A stretch of DNA of 64,000 nucleotides. It comes from Styela clava. Its lineage: Eukaryota. The translations under genes were made by a program, and so were the position numbers. Positions within the stretch are counted from its first letter, which is position 1. Each line of letters opens with the position of its first letter. Shown piece by piece: positions 32,324-44,204 of the stretch. A model generated the notes under the pieces. That model did not search any database. It was given only the letters and a program-made list of their open reading frames with translations, and had not been told where the DNA came from. Where the stretch lies: assembly GCF_964204865.1 (NCBI RefSeq), contig NC_135260.1, forward strand, positions 20,460,001 to 20,524,000. Direction: 5' to 3'.

Positions 32324-35089
32324 CATCATGTCTGCAATCTAAACAATTCCCCTGAAGCTAAAAATGGCTGGGTTCCTTTTGAGATGTTGAAGCCTGGATC
32401 CCAGCGGTACCAAAGACACCGAATTGCAGATATTTCATTCCATCCCGAATTATCTTTTGGTGTAAACCGTCGCTTTGATAAAGTTGTGGGTATCAGTTTT
32501 TGATGATGCGTGGCACCATCAATATGACTCATGACAAGGTACGATACCGTAAGCGGTCATTCTGACAGAACTTGCAGTTGGGCAGGTTTTATGCTTTAAT
32601 GCCCCACACGCACTGCTGTAAACGCCATATAAAAATCGCATATTTTAGCTCGAGCATGCTCGAACATGCAATTTTCTGAAGGTTTTCACTACTTATTTTT
32701 ACCAATATTATGGTTTACAAATTGCGCTTCCAATACTCTTTCTTTATTACACTATCGTGTATTTATTTGTTTTTATATTTCCTCACTTTATTTGAATTTA
32801 ACATAAATGAATATAGTGCAATCATTAACGTCCTGGAATATATTAGATAAATCTCTATTATTTCACGGTTGTGATTTAGAACTGGAGGAGCCGAGGGTGA
32901 TAGAATAAATACGAGCAGCGATTCAACGTGACAAGACAAAAAATTGAAGCTAATCGCTATATTCCTGTTAAGTAAATGTGGTATAGTTCGTGGTACAATT
33001 ATAAATGGATTTCCCGCGCTGAATACCTCACAGCCGTACAGAATATGTTCTGTATACCTTCCGGAACTTTTATTTTTGGTAAGGATATACTGGAACAAAA
33101 GCAAAATTTTTTTTCTTCTGATTTATTAGGGAGGATGTCAACTAAGCGGTCGGAGAAACTCGAAAATATTGTGTGGTCATGGTATAACAACATCCAACCA
33201 ATTTGACCTCTTGACTTTGACCATTAGGTCGTAGACTAACGGCGACGTGTACCACTATATATACATTGTAGAAAAATGGTTTAAAGTGAATATATGAAGT
33301 GGAATTTATGCTATATTCTGGGTCAGGATAGATATAATACTTTATCAAAAGATAAGACCATTCATAGTCATACTGAGTGAGAATCATACAACTGGGAAGT
33401 GCGAGACATGTAGGGTGCATATTTTCAATACACCTGTGGTTGCTGATGTATGCCACACTAACAGACCTCGTAACGGCGAGAAGCTAAATTATACCATCAA
33501 CATTTCAATGTAAAACATTTGAATTCTGGGATGGACAATGTCGGCATCATCAAGAGGTGCCCAGATTTGAAAAAATCCTTCAGATGTTCATGCCTTTAAT
33601 CTTTACCGTTTAACTGAGAGAATAGACAAACCTTGCCATGACTTTGTTGGGGCTTAGCCTTAGGCAATACCGACAAATTCAAACGAAAATTGAACAAACG
33701 ACAAACCTCATTATACAAGTTTTCTTACAGCAAGACTCATTTCCGCTTGAAAATATAATAATAAAAGAGAGCTATTACTGACGCGCCAAAGGGCGCTATC
33801 GCATCCCAGCAATAGAGCAATCAGCAGGCACTGCTCAATACGAGACATGGGATAAGAACAATGATAAAAACTAGGCGCAAGCTTAGTTATAAAATAAAAT
33901 AAGCTAATTGAAGAGACAATTCGTCGCTGGTGAAGATTTTGCAAGCGGAAGACTAGTTTTGGATAGAGATGTACCGATACCACTTTTGTGGCCGATACCG
34001 ATGCGCATACCAACTAAAAACGCCGATACCGATAAGCCGATATTCCAAAATGTCTATATCGCCGATATTCCGATACTATGTAAATATTACCTCACGTGTG
34101 CAGGGCAGACGGGTTAAAACACTTGTCTTTGAGCATTATTCATACTACACATTATTTCAGATTGAAGGGATATAATTATCACATCATATGAAATTAGAAA
34201 ACTTATAGGCAGGGATGTCCAATTCGAATTTATTATTAATAACGCGACCTTCGCATTCGCATCGTATTATAAGAATATCGAATATCGCCCACACATTGTA
34301 GCGCCGCCGTCCAAGTTTTACTTGAAAACATTTCACATATGTTTTGTTTTATCGTAATCGTGCGTCGCGACAATATATTACAGTCGACATGAGGGGATTT
34401 CAATCAACGCTGGCGAGAAATACCTATAACACGTCGAGGATGTTTCTGATTTTATTATTTCATAATATATCGCAGATATTATCGTATATTTCGAGATTGT
34501 CTGAGCGGCCACGGCAATAAATATATGACGAAATTGTATGGTTATACAAAATTAAAATTAATGGAATCCCAATATTTAAACCTGTGTAGAGAGATAATGG
34601 AGTCGAAGTTTAGCTTAAAGATGTCGATGGACTAAATGACATGGACATCTTACATGGACCCAGCCTTACAAAAAGTATTTACTGTATTTTTAATTTCACC
34701 CAATATATCAAAGGGCGAGCTTTTGCTAAAATATTGACCTAAATCAAAAATTTTAGGTATCATTCTCTTATTAAATGACAATTGTCCTGCTATATGCATT
34801 TACAATCAGTCATGCTTCCAATGCAAAGCTCATATTGTCTTTTCTGACCATGACTTCTTTATTACCTATTTACTACTATGAATTGTTTCTTTTTACATAT
34901 TTGATTCATCTCTGATTGACCCACTGTGTGAATGAGAGGATATCATGTAAGAAGAAACCATGCATAGTTCATGCACTGTGATGTCATGTAAAATAGTCAG
35001 TTATATATTGGTAATATTTGAGCCTGATCTAAGTTACTAAGATCTTGGTCACTGGCACCCTTAATAACATCATTTTAATGTTAAACCAT

Positions 35090-35870
35090 TGTTACAGACA
35101 AAGTTTCTTTGTTTTATTTGGCATATATTTGACCCGGGGTTATTTCGAGAGAAATCGGTCATTGCACTTTTGTCGAATGACCGCTAATAAACTACTCCCT
35201 TCAAGGCGATTGCACCATCTGTTCGTGGGTAGGAATAGGCCTGTCGGCGGGAACAAAGTCTTTTATCGATTTTTCTTTTCTCTCGTTTTTGTGTTTGTTT
35301 ATTATTTCAAATCATTGCCAGTCGGCTGTTTACAATTTATTTGTGCTAAGAGTTTGCCGGTTAGTCTGTTAGTAATGCTAATTCATATGCCGTAATGAGC
35401 GGATTTATTCGCTTGTCTTTAAGTTAAATAATAGGGTTTGATTTGTTTTCATATTGTAATGTTGCTATTGTTTGCATCTTTAGAATTAAGTATGTTATTA
35501 ACCTGCCTGTTGGGTTGGTCGTAAACTTTAGCAACCCTCAACCTCAACCTCAACATAACTTTATTTGGACGTCTACATTCTACAATACTGTGATCGTTTG
35601 TGTCTCTACAATACTGGAATTATTTGTTCTTATCATCACACAATTTCGTCGTTTATTTATTCGTCTATATCGTACTTGTGCATGTAGACTGGTATTTTAT
35701 CGACTGCATTACATTTCGTTCATATTCAAAGTTGTGGAGTTGTTAATTATCGAGAAACCTGGCAGGTTATATACATCAGGGGAAGTTAATAGCGCGAAGT
35801 GTCACCGCCCAACATGTTATAGGCTTCTTGTAGAGCCTCATCATAAGTGTTAAGTCGCTTATAATCTACA
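35090..35870 (+). repeat. 5' LTR (781 bp)
   Basis: TGTTACAGAC...ATAATCTACA; by eye identical to the 3' LTR except for one CCTCAA unit. Confidence 0.96.
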
Positions 35871-35979
35871 TTTGTTGCTAAAATATTGGCTTCGTGACAC
35901 TCGCCGTTCGTGGATACTTCGATCCTGTGAACTCTATCTTCGATTGAAAGGAAATTTAAGCGTCTCTGCATTTATCGAA

Positions 35980-38900
35980 ATGTCGTCGTCTCGGACATCT
36001 AGAACATCGTCGTTGAAGTCTGATCAAACCATGTCCGAGCGTAATCTACGTTTAGTGCAATTAAAGTTGGAGCGGGCGAAGAAGGAAGCTGCGCTTGAGA
36101 GCGAACGTGTCGAACATGAACTTGAACTTGAGCGCAAACGTGTCCAACATAGACTTCAAATCAAACGAAGTATATTGGATGCCGAAACGGAAGCAGAACA
36201 AGCGAAGATAGAATTGGAAAGCGTCGCGGCAAGATCAAGCAAAGGCTCAACGCCGGATGATGAAGAAGAAGATGTGGAATCCTTTACTACCTTATCACCG
36301 AAGAGATTGATGGAATACGTGAAGACACCAGGGGGGAAGGGACTGTTTTCTGTGCCAAGTCATGATGCACAAATAATAAATAAACATGATGATAAATCGG
36401 AAATATTAGATTTTAATGAGGATTGTAACAGGAGTATTTTCAAAATTGTAAATACGGATCAGGATAAACATTCTACTGCGGAAGAAATTGTACAGCGGCC
36501 TATTTGCATGTTGGATCCAGGCATACCTATCCATTACTCAAGCCCGGAGCATGAGGTGCCTGTGACTCAGAAGATATTGGTGAGTCCTATTTTACCTGAT
36601 AATTGCGAGCAACCACTAGATCCACAGATTAGTGTGGAGCAATTATTGTTGCCTAATTACGTCAAGCCAGAGATTAAGCCTGATTTCAAATCTGCCAAGC
36701 ATGATATCGTGTATGATGATGTTAGGGCAGGCATGAGGGCGCCAGATGTGGCCAAGCCTTTTGCTACTGAAATGCCTAACATGACACTGAATGCTGTAGC
36801 GCAATTGACCAGGGCGATGATGGCGGGCATGACTGATGTGGCAAATATAATCAAGCAGGGATTCACATTACCTCAGATTAAGCTTTCTGTATTTGACGGG
36901 AACGTACTAAAATATCCTGAATTCGTTCGTGAATTCAATAACTATATTGGATCATGCAAACTGGACACTGCTACAAAATTAAATTATCTAATATCTCATT
37001 GCACTGGTGAAGCAAAGGAAGCTATAAAATCATGTGGAAATTTACCATCAGAAGAGGGATACAATTTGGCTCGTAATATTCTTCATAAAAATTATGGTCA
37101 AACTCATTTAATTATTGACACACATCTTAATTTGTTGTGTGAGGGACCCGCAATAAAAGTTAATGACATTGAAGCTTGGGATAAATTGCTTACTCAAGCA
37201 AGAAGTACATTTATAACATTTTCACAATTCGGTATTAGATCCAATTTGGATGACTTAACTGTACTAAGGAAAATTGTCAAAAGGTTTCCATCTCAGCAAT
37301 TGTGGAAATTTGCAAATTTGGCCAACGATCGTTATAATGCTGGAGATTTGGTAAACTTCGATACACTGTTATCATTTATGGAATCTGTGTCAAATGTCAA
37401 TCGATCAGGATTTGGCAAACTTGCTCGTGAATCACAAAGGAAGAAGAGAGTTGACGACTTGGGAGGTACTCGTAGTAATCGCAAGGTGTCATCCTTTCTC
37501 ATATCCGAAGAAAACTCTAGTAAGGACATTCCAAAACGTAAAAGTCATGAGTTGAAGTGCATGATGTGTGACGGTAGTCATCGATTGTGGAATTGTGCAA
37601 AATTCAAAGAAAAAGAAGTTTCATTCAGACACAGGTTTGTGCGACAGAAGAATATCTGTTTTAATTGTTTGATTCCTGGTCACTGGACAAGCCGGTGTCA
37701 ATCGAAAATTCACTGTAGAGTGGAAGGCTGTGATCTAAAACATCATACACTGTTACACTTTAAGCATTCAAAAAATGGACAAACAAACTCTAAAGTTGAC
37801 TTGCGTAACTCAACTGACGACACTCAGTCTGAGAAACATGAAGTCAGTAGTTATTCATCATCGAAGGAGGCCGGGTCTGAACCAGCTGAAGAGACTGGGG
37901 CTCATGTTTCATCATCATTTTGTTCATCAAGGGAGACAGCATCACATATTCGTAGGAAGGTAGTACCAGTTAGATGTTGGGGATCGGATGGCCGATCTTG
38001 CGACACGTATGCCTTTCTAGATGATGGTTCTGATGTATCGCTATGTACAAATGATTTGATGAAGAGGCTTGGCATAAAAGGTATCAAAGATGAAATTGTT
38101 TTGAAAACCTTGGGTGGTGTCGTTAAGACTGACAGTGCTCGAGTATCATTGAATATCCGTGGATTGCGTGAAGTGCATTCAATTCACATCAAAGGCGTCA
38201 GAGTTCTGGATAGACTTCCATCCGATCTGGAGATTAACATTCCTTCGAATGCTGATTCGTTAAGATGCAATCACATCCAGGACTTGAATTTTCCAACGCT
38301 GGAAAATGCCAAAGTTGAGATTTTGGTAGGCGTGGATGCTCCAGAGGCGCATGTAATTTCTGGAATGAGACGCGGGAAAAAGGGTCAACCATATGCCGCA
38401 AGAACGGCTCTAGGCTGGGCGTTGTTCGGTCCTGATGATACTTACAATCAGTGTGATGAATCTCATGTTGACAACGTTTCATGGATTTCTTTGAACAATG
38501 AGAGGCTACATGAGCAAATGGAGAAAGCGTTTGAAACGGAGTTTTCAGGTTTCAATGCATACGATACTGCTCCTTCAATAGAAGATAAGGCTGCATTATC
38601 AATTATGGCAAATACCATCTGTAAAGTGGATGGTCATTATCAAGTGAGCATTCCGTGGAAAAGTAAAGACGCAGAATTGCCGAATAACATAAAAATTGCT
38701 GAGTCACGTCTCAACAATTTGAAGAAAAGATTGCTTCGTGATCCAGAATTGCATGATAAATATAAGAAGAAAATGGAAGAATACATATCGAATGGTCATG
38801 CAAGCAGAATTTCGGATAACAAGCTGGAACACACCAAAAAGACGTGGTATCTTCCTCATCACTGCACAGGAGGAAAGTTTCGGATTGTTTTTGATGCTTC

Positions 38901-41802
38901 TGCTAGATACCAAGACACGTCTCTTAATGACAATATTCTATGTGGACCTTCTCAAACTAATTCGCTAATTGGTGTCCTGTCAAGATTTCGACAAGAGAAG
39001 ATTGCTGTGGTTGCTGATATCAAAAGTATGTATCACCAGGTTCTGGTTACACCTGAAGATCGCGAAGCTTTGAGATTTTTATGGTGGCCAGGTGGTGATC
39101 TCAAACAACCAGTAGCGGAGTATCAAATGAACGTTCATCTTTTTGGTGGAAATTGGTCGCCAAGTGTTGCATGCTACGCTTTAAGACGAGTAGCTGAAGA
39201 TAATGCGAACCATGAAGATGAAGAAACCTTGAATGCTATTAGAAAGAGTTTTTATGTCGATGACTTAGAACGATCTGAGCCGACTGTTCCTCTTGCATTG
39301 AAACGAATCAAAGAAGTTTGCGGTCTATTAGAAAATGGGGGTTTCCATCTTTCGAAGTTTTCTAGCAATAGCATTGAAGTTATGAATTCTATACCTGAAG
39401 TTGACAGAGCTGTTTCATCAGTGAATTTAAATCTTGACAAAGTGTCATCGCAGAAAGTACTCGGACTGTCGTGGAATATTCCACTAGATTCCTTTGTATT
39501 TGAAGTCGATATTCAGCAGAAACCACATACTCGGAGGGGATTGCTCTCAATGCTGAGTCAAGTCTTTGATCCGTTGGGTATGCTGGGCCCATTCCTGTTG
39601 CCAATGAAGAAGTTATTGCAACGTTTGTGTGCCCAGGATCTCGGCTGGGATGATGACCTTCCTATGGATGCAATTAAACTATGGGAGAATTGGATTGGAC
39701 AATTATCTGAATTGGCAAAAGTGAGGGTACCAAGATGGCTGCATGGAACTAGGTATGAATCATGCAAGATGCAGTTGCATACCTTTTGTGATGCCAGTGA
39801 ATCTGGTCTTGGAGCAGTTTCATACGTAAGAGTTGTCTGCACTTCTGGAGCAGTTCAATGTGAATTTGTCGCAGGAAAATCTAGAGTAACTCCTTTAAAG
39901 GCGGTATCAATTCCTCGATTAGAACTGTGCGCAGCGGTGGTTGCAGCAAAACTAAGTGCTATGATTCAATCGGAATTGGAATATAAATTTGAAAGGATCG
40001 TCTACTGGACAGATTCAATGTCTGTTTTACAGTACATCAATAATGTGTCAACCCGATTTAAAGTTTTTGTTGCAAATCGAATTGCAACCATTCATGAACT
40101 TTCAGAGCCATCGCAGTGGCGTCATGTGGGAACGAAGGATAATCCAGCTGACGTTGCTTCGAGGGGAGTAATGCCTAGCAAATTGAACAAGTGCAACATG
40201 TGGTTTCGGGGACCAAACTTTCTTTGTGATTCGGAGGAAAACTGGCCTGAAAGACCAAAGATATTATCACAGGTTTCAGATAATGATCCAGAAACAAAAT
40301 CGACACGTCAAGTGTGTGCAACAACTGGAAAATCGAAGCCAGCTCTATTCAAAATCTTGGAAAGATATTCATCATGGACGAAGCTATGTAGAAGTGTTGC
40401 CTGGTTGTGTCGCTTCAAGAAATGTTTTCTGTGGAAGTATGGTAAGAAGGATAAACCTAAATTTCATCAAATTGGATTGAGTGTTGATGAACTCAAGATG
40501 GCATCAACTAATGTCATTCGACTTGTACAAGATGAAGCATTTTCTAGTGAAGATGTGAAACTGACTAAATCATCAAGTTTGAAGAGTTTGACACCATGCT
40601 TGATCGATGGAGTAATTTGCGTTGGTGGAAGACTTCAGCGCTCAAGTTTATCTCGAGAATCGAAGCATCAACTGATTTTACCATATCATCATCATGTTAC
40701 AGACTTGATAATCGACCATTATCATCATCAAGAAGGACACAGTGGTGTATTGCACATTTTGTCTGTGATCAGGGAAAAGTTTTGGATAATCAAAGGGCAT
40801 TCTGCAATCAGAAATCGAATACGAAGATGTCTAAAGTGTAAAATGATGCATTCTAAGTCTGGAACACAAATTATGGCACCATTACCAGAAGTTAGAGTAA
40901 CACCAGGAAATTCTCCTTTTGCAAGTACAGGAGTAGATTTGATGGGACCGGTATTGATCAAGTCTGGCCGGAGTGAAGTCAAAAGATGGGCTGCTATATT
41001 CACCTGCATGGCTACTAGAGCTCTCCATATTGAAGTTGTCAATTCTTTGGACGCATCAGCATTTCTTGAGGCCTTTGATCGTTTTACTGCAAGACGGGGT
41101 TTACCTCTGGAAGTGTTCTCTGACAATGGTACAAACTTCACTGCCTCTAACAAATATTTGAAGGAGGGTGTGGAAAGATGGAACAAGTCCGTTCATCAGA
41201 GTCTCAGCCGAAAGGAAATAAAGTGGAATTTTAACCCTCCTGCTGCCAGTCATTGGGGCGGTTGTTGGGAACGCATGATACGCTCTGTCAGAAAGGTGTT
41301 AACTGCTCTTGTTGGGGAACGGCAGCTGACGGAGGCATCTTTCTACACATTCCTGACACAAGTAGAAAGGATACTGAATAACCGACCAATCACAGCCGTT
41401 GGAGATGACCCTAAGGATTTGAAAGCGTTAACACCTGGAATGTTACTGACTGGACGTCTAGATCCTTCATATCCATCTGATATATTTCTCAAGGCTGATG
41501 GATACAGAAAATCATGGAAGATGGTTCAGTGGATGGCAGATCAATTTTGGAATCGTTGGGTGAAGGAGTATTTGCAAATACTACAGACTCGTCAAAAATG
41601 GCAACAACAAAAGAGGAATTTTGCTGTTGGAGATTTAGTGCTGGTTATGGACGAGAACTCTCCTCGTGGGTCTTGGCCTAAAGCTCTTGTGGAAGAGGTC
41701 TATCCAGATAAATATGGAAATGTTCGTCGAGTTCGCGTTAGAACAGCAAAGTCGACTTACATTCGGGACATAAGGAAGCTATGTTACTTAGAATCCCCTT
41801 GA
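35980..41802 (+). CDS. BEL/Pao Gag-Pol polyprotein (1940 aa from the first ATG)
   Basis: Gag with three Cys/His knuckles (CMMCDGSHRLWNC, CFNCLIPGHWTSRC, CRVEGCDLKHHTLLH), aspartic protease (AFLDDGSD), RT (FYVDD), RNase H (FCDASE), integrase (H..GH..CLKC; GVDLMGP, SDNGT, WERMIRS). The order PR-RT-RH-IN is typical of BEL/Pao. No stops; the frame is open from 35872. Confidence 0.96.
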   Translation: MSSSRTSRTSSLKSDQTMSERNLRLVQLKLERAKKEAALESERVEHELELERKRVQHRLQIKRSILDAETEAEQAKIELESVAARSSKGSTPDDEEEDVESFTTLSPKRLMEYVKTPGGKGLFSVPSHDAQIINKHDDKSEILDFNEDCNRSIFKIVNTDQDKHSTAEEIVQRPICMLDPGIPIHYSSPEHEVPVTQKILVSPILPDNCEQPLDPQISVEQLLLPNYVKPEIKPDFKSAKHDIVYDDVRAGMRAPDVAKPFATEMPNMTLNAVAQLTRAMMAGMTDVANIIKQGFTLPQIKLSVFDGNVLKYPEFVREFNNYIGSCKLDTATKLNYLISHCTGEAKEAIKSCGNLPSEEGYNLARNILHKNYGQTHLIIDTHLNLLCEGPAIKVNDIEAWDKLLTQARSTFITFSQFGIRSNLDDLTVLRKIVKRFPSQQLWKFANLANDRYNAGDLVNFDTLLSFMESVSNVNRSGFGKLARESQRKKRVDDLGGTRSNRKVSSFLISEENSSKDIPKRKSHELKCMMCDGSHRLWNCAKFKEKEVSFRHRFVRQKNICFNCLIPGHWTSRCQSKIHCRVEGCDLKHHTLLHFKHSKNGQTNSKVDLRNSTDDTQSEKHEVSSYSSSKEAGSEPAEETGAHVSSSFCSSRETASHIRRKVVPVRCWGSDGRSCDTYAFLDDGSDVSLCTNDLMKRLGIKGIKDEIVLKTLGGVVKTDSARVSLNIRGLREVHSIHIKGVRVLDRLPSDLEINIPSNADSLRCNHIQDLNFPTLENAKVEILVGVDAPEAHVISGMRRGKKGQPYAARTALGWALFGPDDTYNQCDESHVDNVSWISLNNERLHEQMEKAFETEFSGFNAYDTAPSIEDKAALSIMANTICKVDGHYQVSIPWKSKDAELPNNIKIAESRLNNLKKRLLRDPELHDKYKKKMEEYISNGHASRISDNKLEHTKKTWYLPHHCTGGKFRIVFDASARYQDTSLNDNILCGPSQTNSLIGVLSRFRQEKIAVVADIKSMYHQVLVTPEDREALRFLWWPGGDLKQPVAEYQMNVHLFGGNWSPSVACYALRRVAEDNANHEDEETLNAIRKSFYVDDLERSEPTVPLALKRIKEVCGLLENGGFHLSKFSSNSIEVMNSIPEVDRAVSSVNLNLDKVSSQKVLGLSWNIPLDSFVFEVDIQQKPHTRRGLLSMLSQVFDPLGMLGPFLLPMKKLLQRLCAQDLGWDDDLPMDAIKLWENWIGQLSELAKVRVPRWLHGTRYESCKMQLHTFCDASESGLGAVSYVRVVCTSGAVQCEFVAGKSRVTPLKAVSIPRLELCAAVVAAKLSAMIQSELEYKFERIVYWTDSMSVLQYINNVSTRFKVFVANRIATIHELSEPSQWRHVGTKDNPADVASRGVMPSKLNKCNMWFRGPNFLCDSEENWPERPKILSQVSDNDPETKSTRQVCATTGKSKPALFKILERYSSWTKLCRSVAWLCRFKKCFLWKYGKKDKPKFHQIGLSVDELKMASTNVIRLVQDEAFSSEDVKLTKSSSLKSLTPCLIDGVICVGGRLQRSSLSRESKHQLILPYHHHVTDLIIDHYHHQEGHSGVLHILSVIREKFWIIKGHSAIRNRIRRCLKCKMMHSKSGTQIMAPLPEVRVTPGNSPFASTGVDLMGPVLIKSGRSEVKRWAAIFTCMATRALHIEVVNSLDASAFLEAFDRFTARRGLPLEVFSDNGTNFTASNKYLKEGVERWNKSVHQSLSRKEIKWNFNPPAASHWGGCWERMIRSVRKVLTALVGERQLTEASFYTFLTQVERILNNRPITAVGDDPKDLKALTPGMLLTGRLDPSYPSDIFLKADGYRKSWKMVQWMADQFWNRWVKEYLQILQTRQKWQQQKRNFAVGDLVLVMDENSPRGSWPKALVEEVYPDKYGNVRRVRVRTAKSTYIRDIRKLCYLESP

Positions 41803-41938
41803 TTTGTACATATTTTGATTTACACATTTCGTTTCGAATTGCACCAAATGTTAACTAGTGATGGGAAAGAAACTTGTCTGTATTTGTTTAAATGTTTGAA
41901 AATAACTTTTGTTCAATTCGTTATTTTGAGGCCGGGAA

Positions 41939-42725
41939 TGTTACAGACAAAGTTTCTTTGTTTTATTTGGCATATATTTGACCCGGGGTTATTTCGAGAG
42001 AAATCGGTCATTGCACTTTTGTCGAATGACCGCTAATAAACTACTCCCTTCAAGGCGATTGCACCATCTGTTCGTGGGTAGGAATAGGCCTGTCGGCGGG
42101 AACAAAGTCTTTTATCGATTTTTCTTTTCTCTCGTTTTTGTGTTTGTTTATTATTTCAAATCATTGCCAGTCGGCTGTTTACAATTTATTTGTGCTAAGA
42201 GTTTGCCGGTTAGTCTGTTAGTAATGCTAATTCATATGCCGTAATGAGCGGATTTATTCGCTTGTCTTTAAGTTAAATAATAGGGTTTGATTTGTTTTCA
42301 TATTGTAATGTTGCTATTGTTTGCATCTTTAGAATTAAGTATGTTATTAACCTGCCTGTTGGGTTGGTCGTAAACTTTAGCAACCCTCAACCTCAACCTC
42401 AACCTCAACATAACTTTATTTGGACGTCTACATTCTACAATACTGTGATCGTTTGTGTCTCTACAATACTGGAATTATTTGTTCTTATCATCACACAATT
42501 TCGTCGTTTATTTATTCGTCTATATCGTACTTGTGCATGTAGACTGGTATTTTATCGACTGCATTACATTTCGTTCATATTCAAAGTTGTGGAGTTGTTA
42601 ATTATCGAGAAACCTGGCAGGTTATATACATCAGGGGAAGTTAATAGCGCGAAGTGTCACCGCCCAACATGTTATAGGCTTCTTGTAGAGCCTCATCATA
42701 AGTGTTAAGTCGCTTATAATCTACA
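41939..42725 (+). repeat. 3' LTR (787 bp)
   Basis: Direct repeat of 35090-35870 with four CCTCAA units instead of three. Confidence 0.96.
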
Positions 42726-43919
42726 ACCATATTCGATTGTAATTTTTTTTTTTTTTTATCTTTGTACATTTGGCATCGTTATGTCATAAACTGACTGACA
42801 TTAGATTTTTATCAATCTACCTACCTTTGCTTTTTCCATGTTCTGTATGAAGTGGTTAGTTCCACATGTAATTTAATCCTACCTTGATCTTGTAGAATAC
42901 CATTTATTCATTGATAATGTGCCTTCCAGTTACACACTGAAGTTCAATTTTCTTACCATAAAAGGTAAAATTATTTATGACTACCGGTACTACAGTTGCA
43001 TGCATACCATACTACTGGTAGGCTTCCTGTTCGTGAAACTTCATTTTTACCATTGATACCTAAACAACTGTAGCCCTGCACCATACAATGTTCTACATAC
43101 GACCACAGTCACTTCACAATGGTACCATTGTTACTTTGCAGCTATCGTCATGGCTACTTAGATAATTGGTGCACGGAGTCGTTTCTGGTTTTGTTGTTGT
43201 TGAAACGCGAGATTACTGGGCATACCTGGTTGGAATGCCTTGACGTATTTATATTTATTTTCAAATTAACGTATATATGATACTGTATATACACAGTTCG
43301 ACTTTTTTTTTTGTTATTATTTCCTTGTTAGACTTGCTTATGGGTGCCGCTGCTCGATAACCAAATTTGGTTTCTCGCGGCTCCCCTCACCCTGAAATGC
43401 CTTTTTATTTATTTATTGCAATTTATATATCAAGTGTGCATTTAGTATGGTGAGAAAATAAACTACTGATTACTGATTACTGACACTAGCGCTTAACGAT
43501 AAACAGTCAGAATTTATAACCGTGCCAAAAAGTGCGTATGCTGTTAATAAAGACGTTTATTACACTATGATTTAAAACTGGGAGCCTAGTTGCTCTTATT
43601 TTTGTGCTTGTTACCACGACAATTTATAAGTATAAATACCGTAATGCTTATTAAGTCTACTTTCTTAGAGCAATCTCATTTATATCACACATGCCTTATG
43701 ACTGCTTTACAATGATAACATTATCAAAGCCTAATTTATATGTTCCTGAATTTTAGGAAAGTAGACAGTATTTATGTGGGGGATTTGTACCGAAAATTTT
43801 TTTTAAATGTATTCGAAATAGTCGATGGGTGTGGCCATCCCTGCTCATAGGTTTTGCTACCAGGGTTGTGAAATAAATGAATGTTTAGCCTACTTATCCT
43901 ATCAAATTGATAATGAACG

Positions 43920-44204
43920 ATTTACATATTTATCCCGGGGGAGAGGAAAGCCGATTTGACGGCTTAACCCTATGGCGAACCACGTCCTCTCGTTCAGTTA
44001 CCATTCCATGTCGGGTATGGGATTAGTTAGGATTTGTTTTTCCGAAGCATGGACTACCACCCAACGGCGGCGAGGAGTCCAGCAATCCTCTCGCACATAA
44101 CCACTCCGCATAGGATTCGAACCTGCGAACCCACGCAGAGTAATTAGAGGTGCGGTGGCGAGCGTATTCCTAACGCTTAGCACGATGAGCCACACTGTCG
44201 CGCC
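43920..44204 (-). mobile_element. tRNA-derived SINE
   Basis: Minus-strand A-box-like TGGCTCATCGTG (44192-44181) and B box GGTTCGAATCC (44123-44113), followed by a ~190-bp non-tRNA body. Diverged 3'-body copies occur near 54420-54605 and 11220-11290. Confidence 0.75.

Larger units (their letters stand above)
35090..42725 (+). mobile_element. Full-length BEL/Pao LTR retrotransposon
   Basis: TG...CA LTRs at 35090-35870 and 41939-42725; 5-bp TSD ACCAT (35085-35089, 42726-42730); single gag-pol ORF; purine-rich GAGGCCGGGAA immediately before the 3' LTR. Confidence 0.97.
34210..43843. mobile_element. Middle hAT-type element, nested in the outer one and interrupted by the BEL retrotransposon
   Basis: Termini CAGGGATGTCCA / TGGCCATCCCTG; 8-bp TSD CTTATAGG (34202-34209) / CTCATAGG (43844-43851), 7/8 match; ATTCG-type subterminal motifs. 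Confidence 0.72.

Noticed and set aside
35045-35853. Hydrophobic ORFs in the LTRs (also 41978-42708) as env or accessory genes
   Set aside because: Non-ATG starts, T-rich composition, and duplicated only because they lie within the LTRs; only about 136 bp separate the pol stop from the 3' LTR, leaving no room for env.
44110-44204. tRNA gene
   Set aside because: A and B boxes are present but there is no cloverleaf or acceptor stem, and it continues into a repeated body; better explained as a SINE head.
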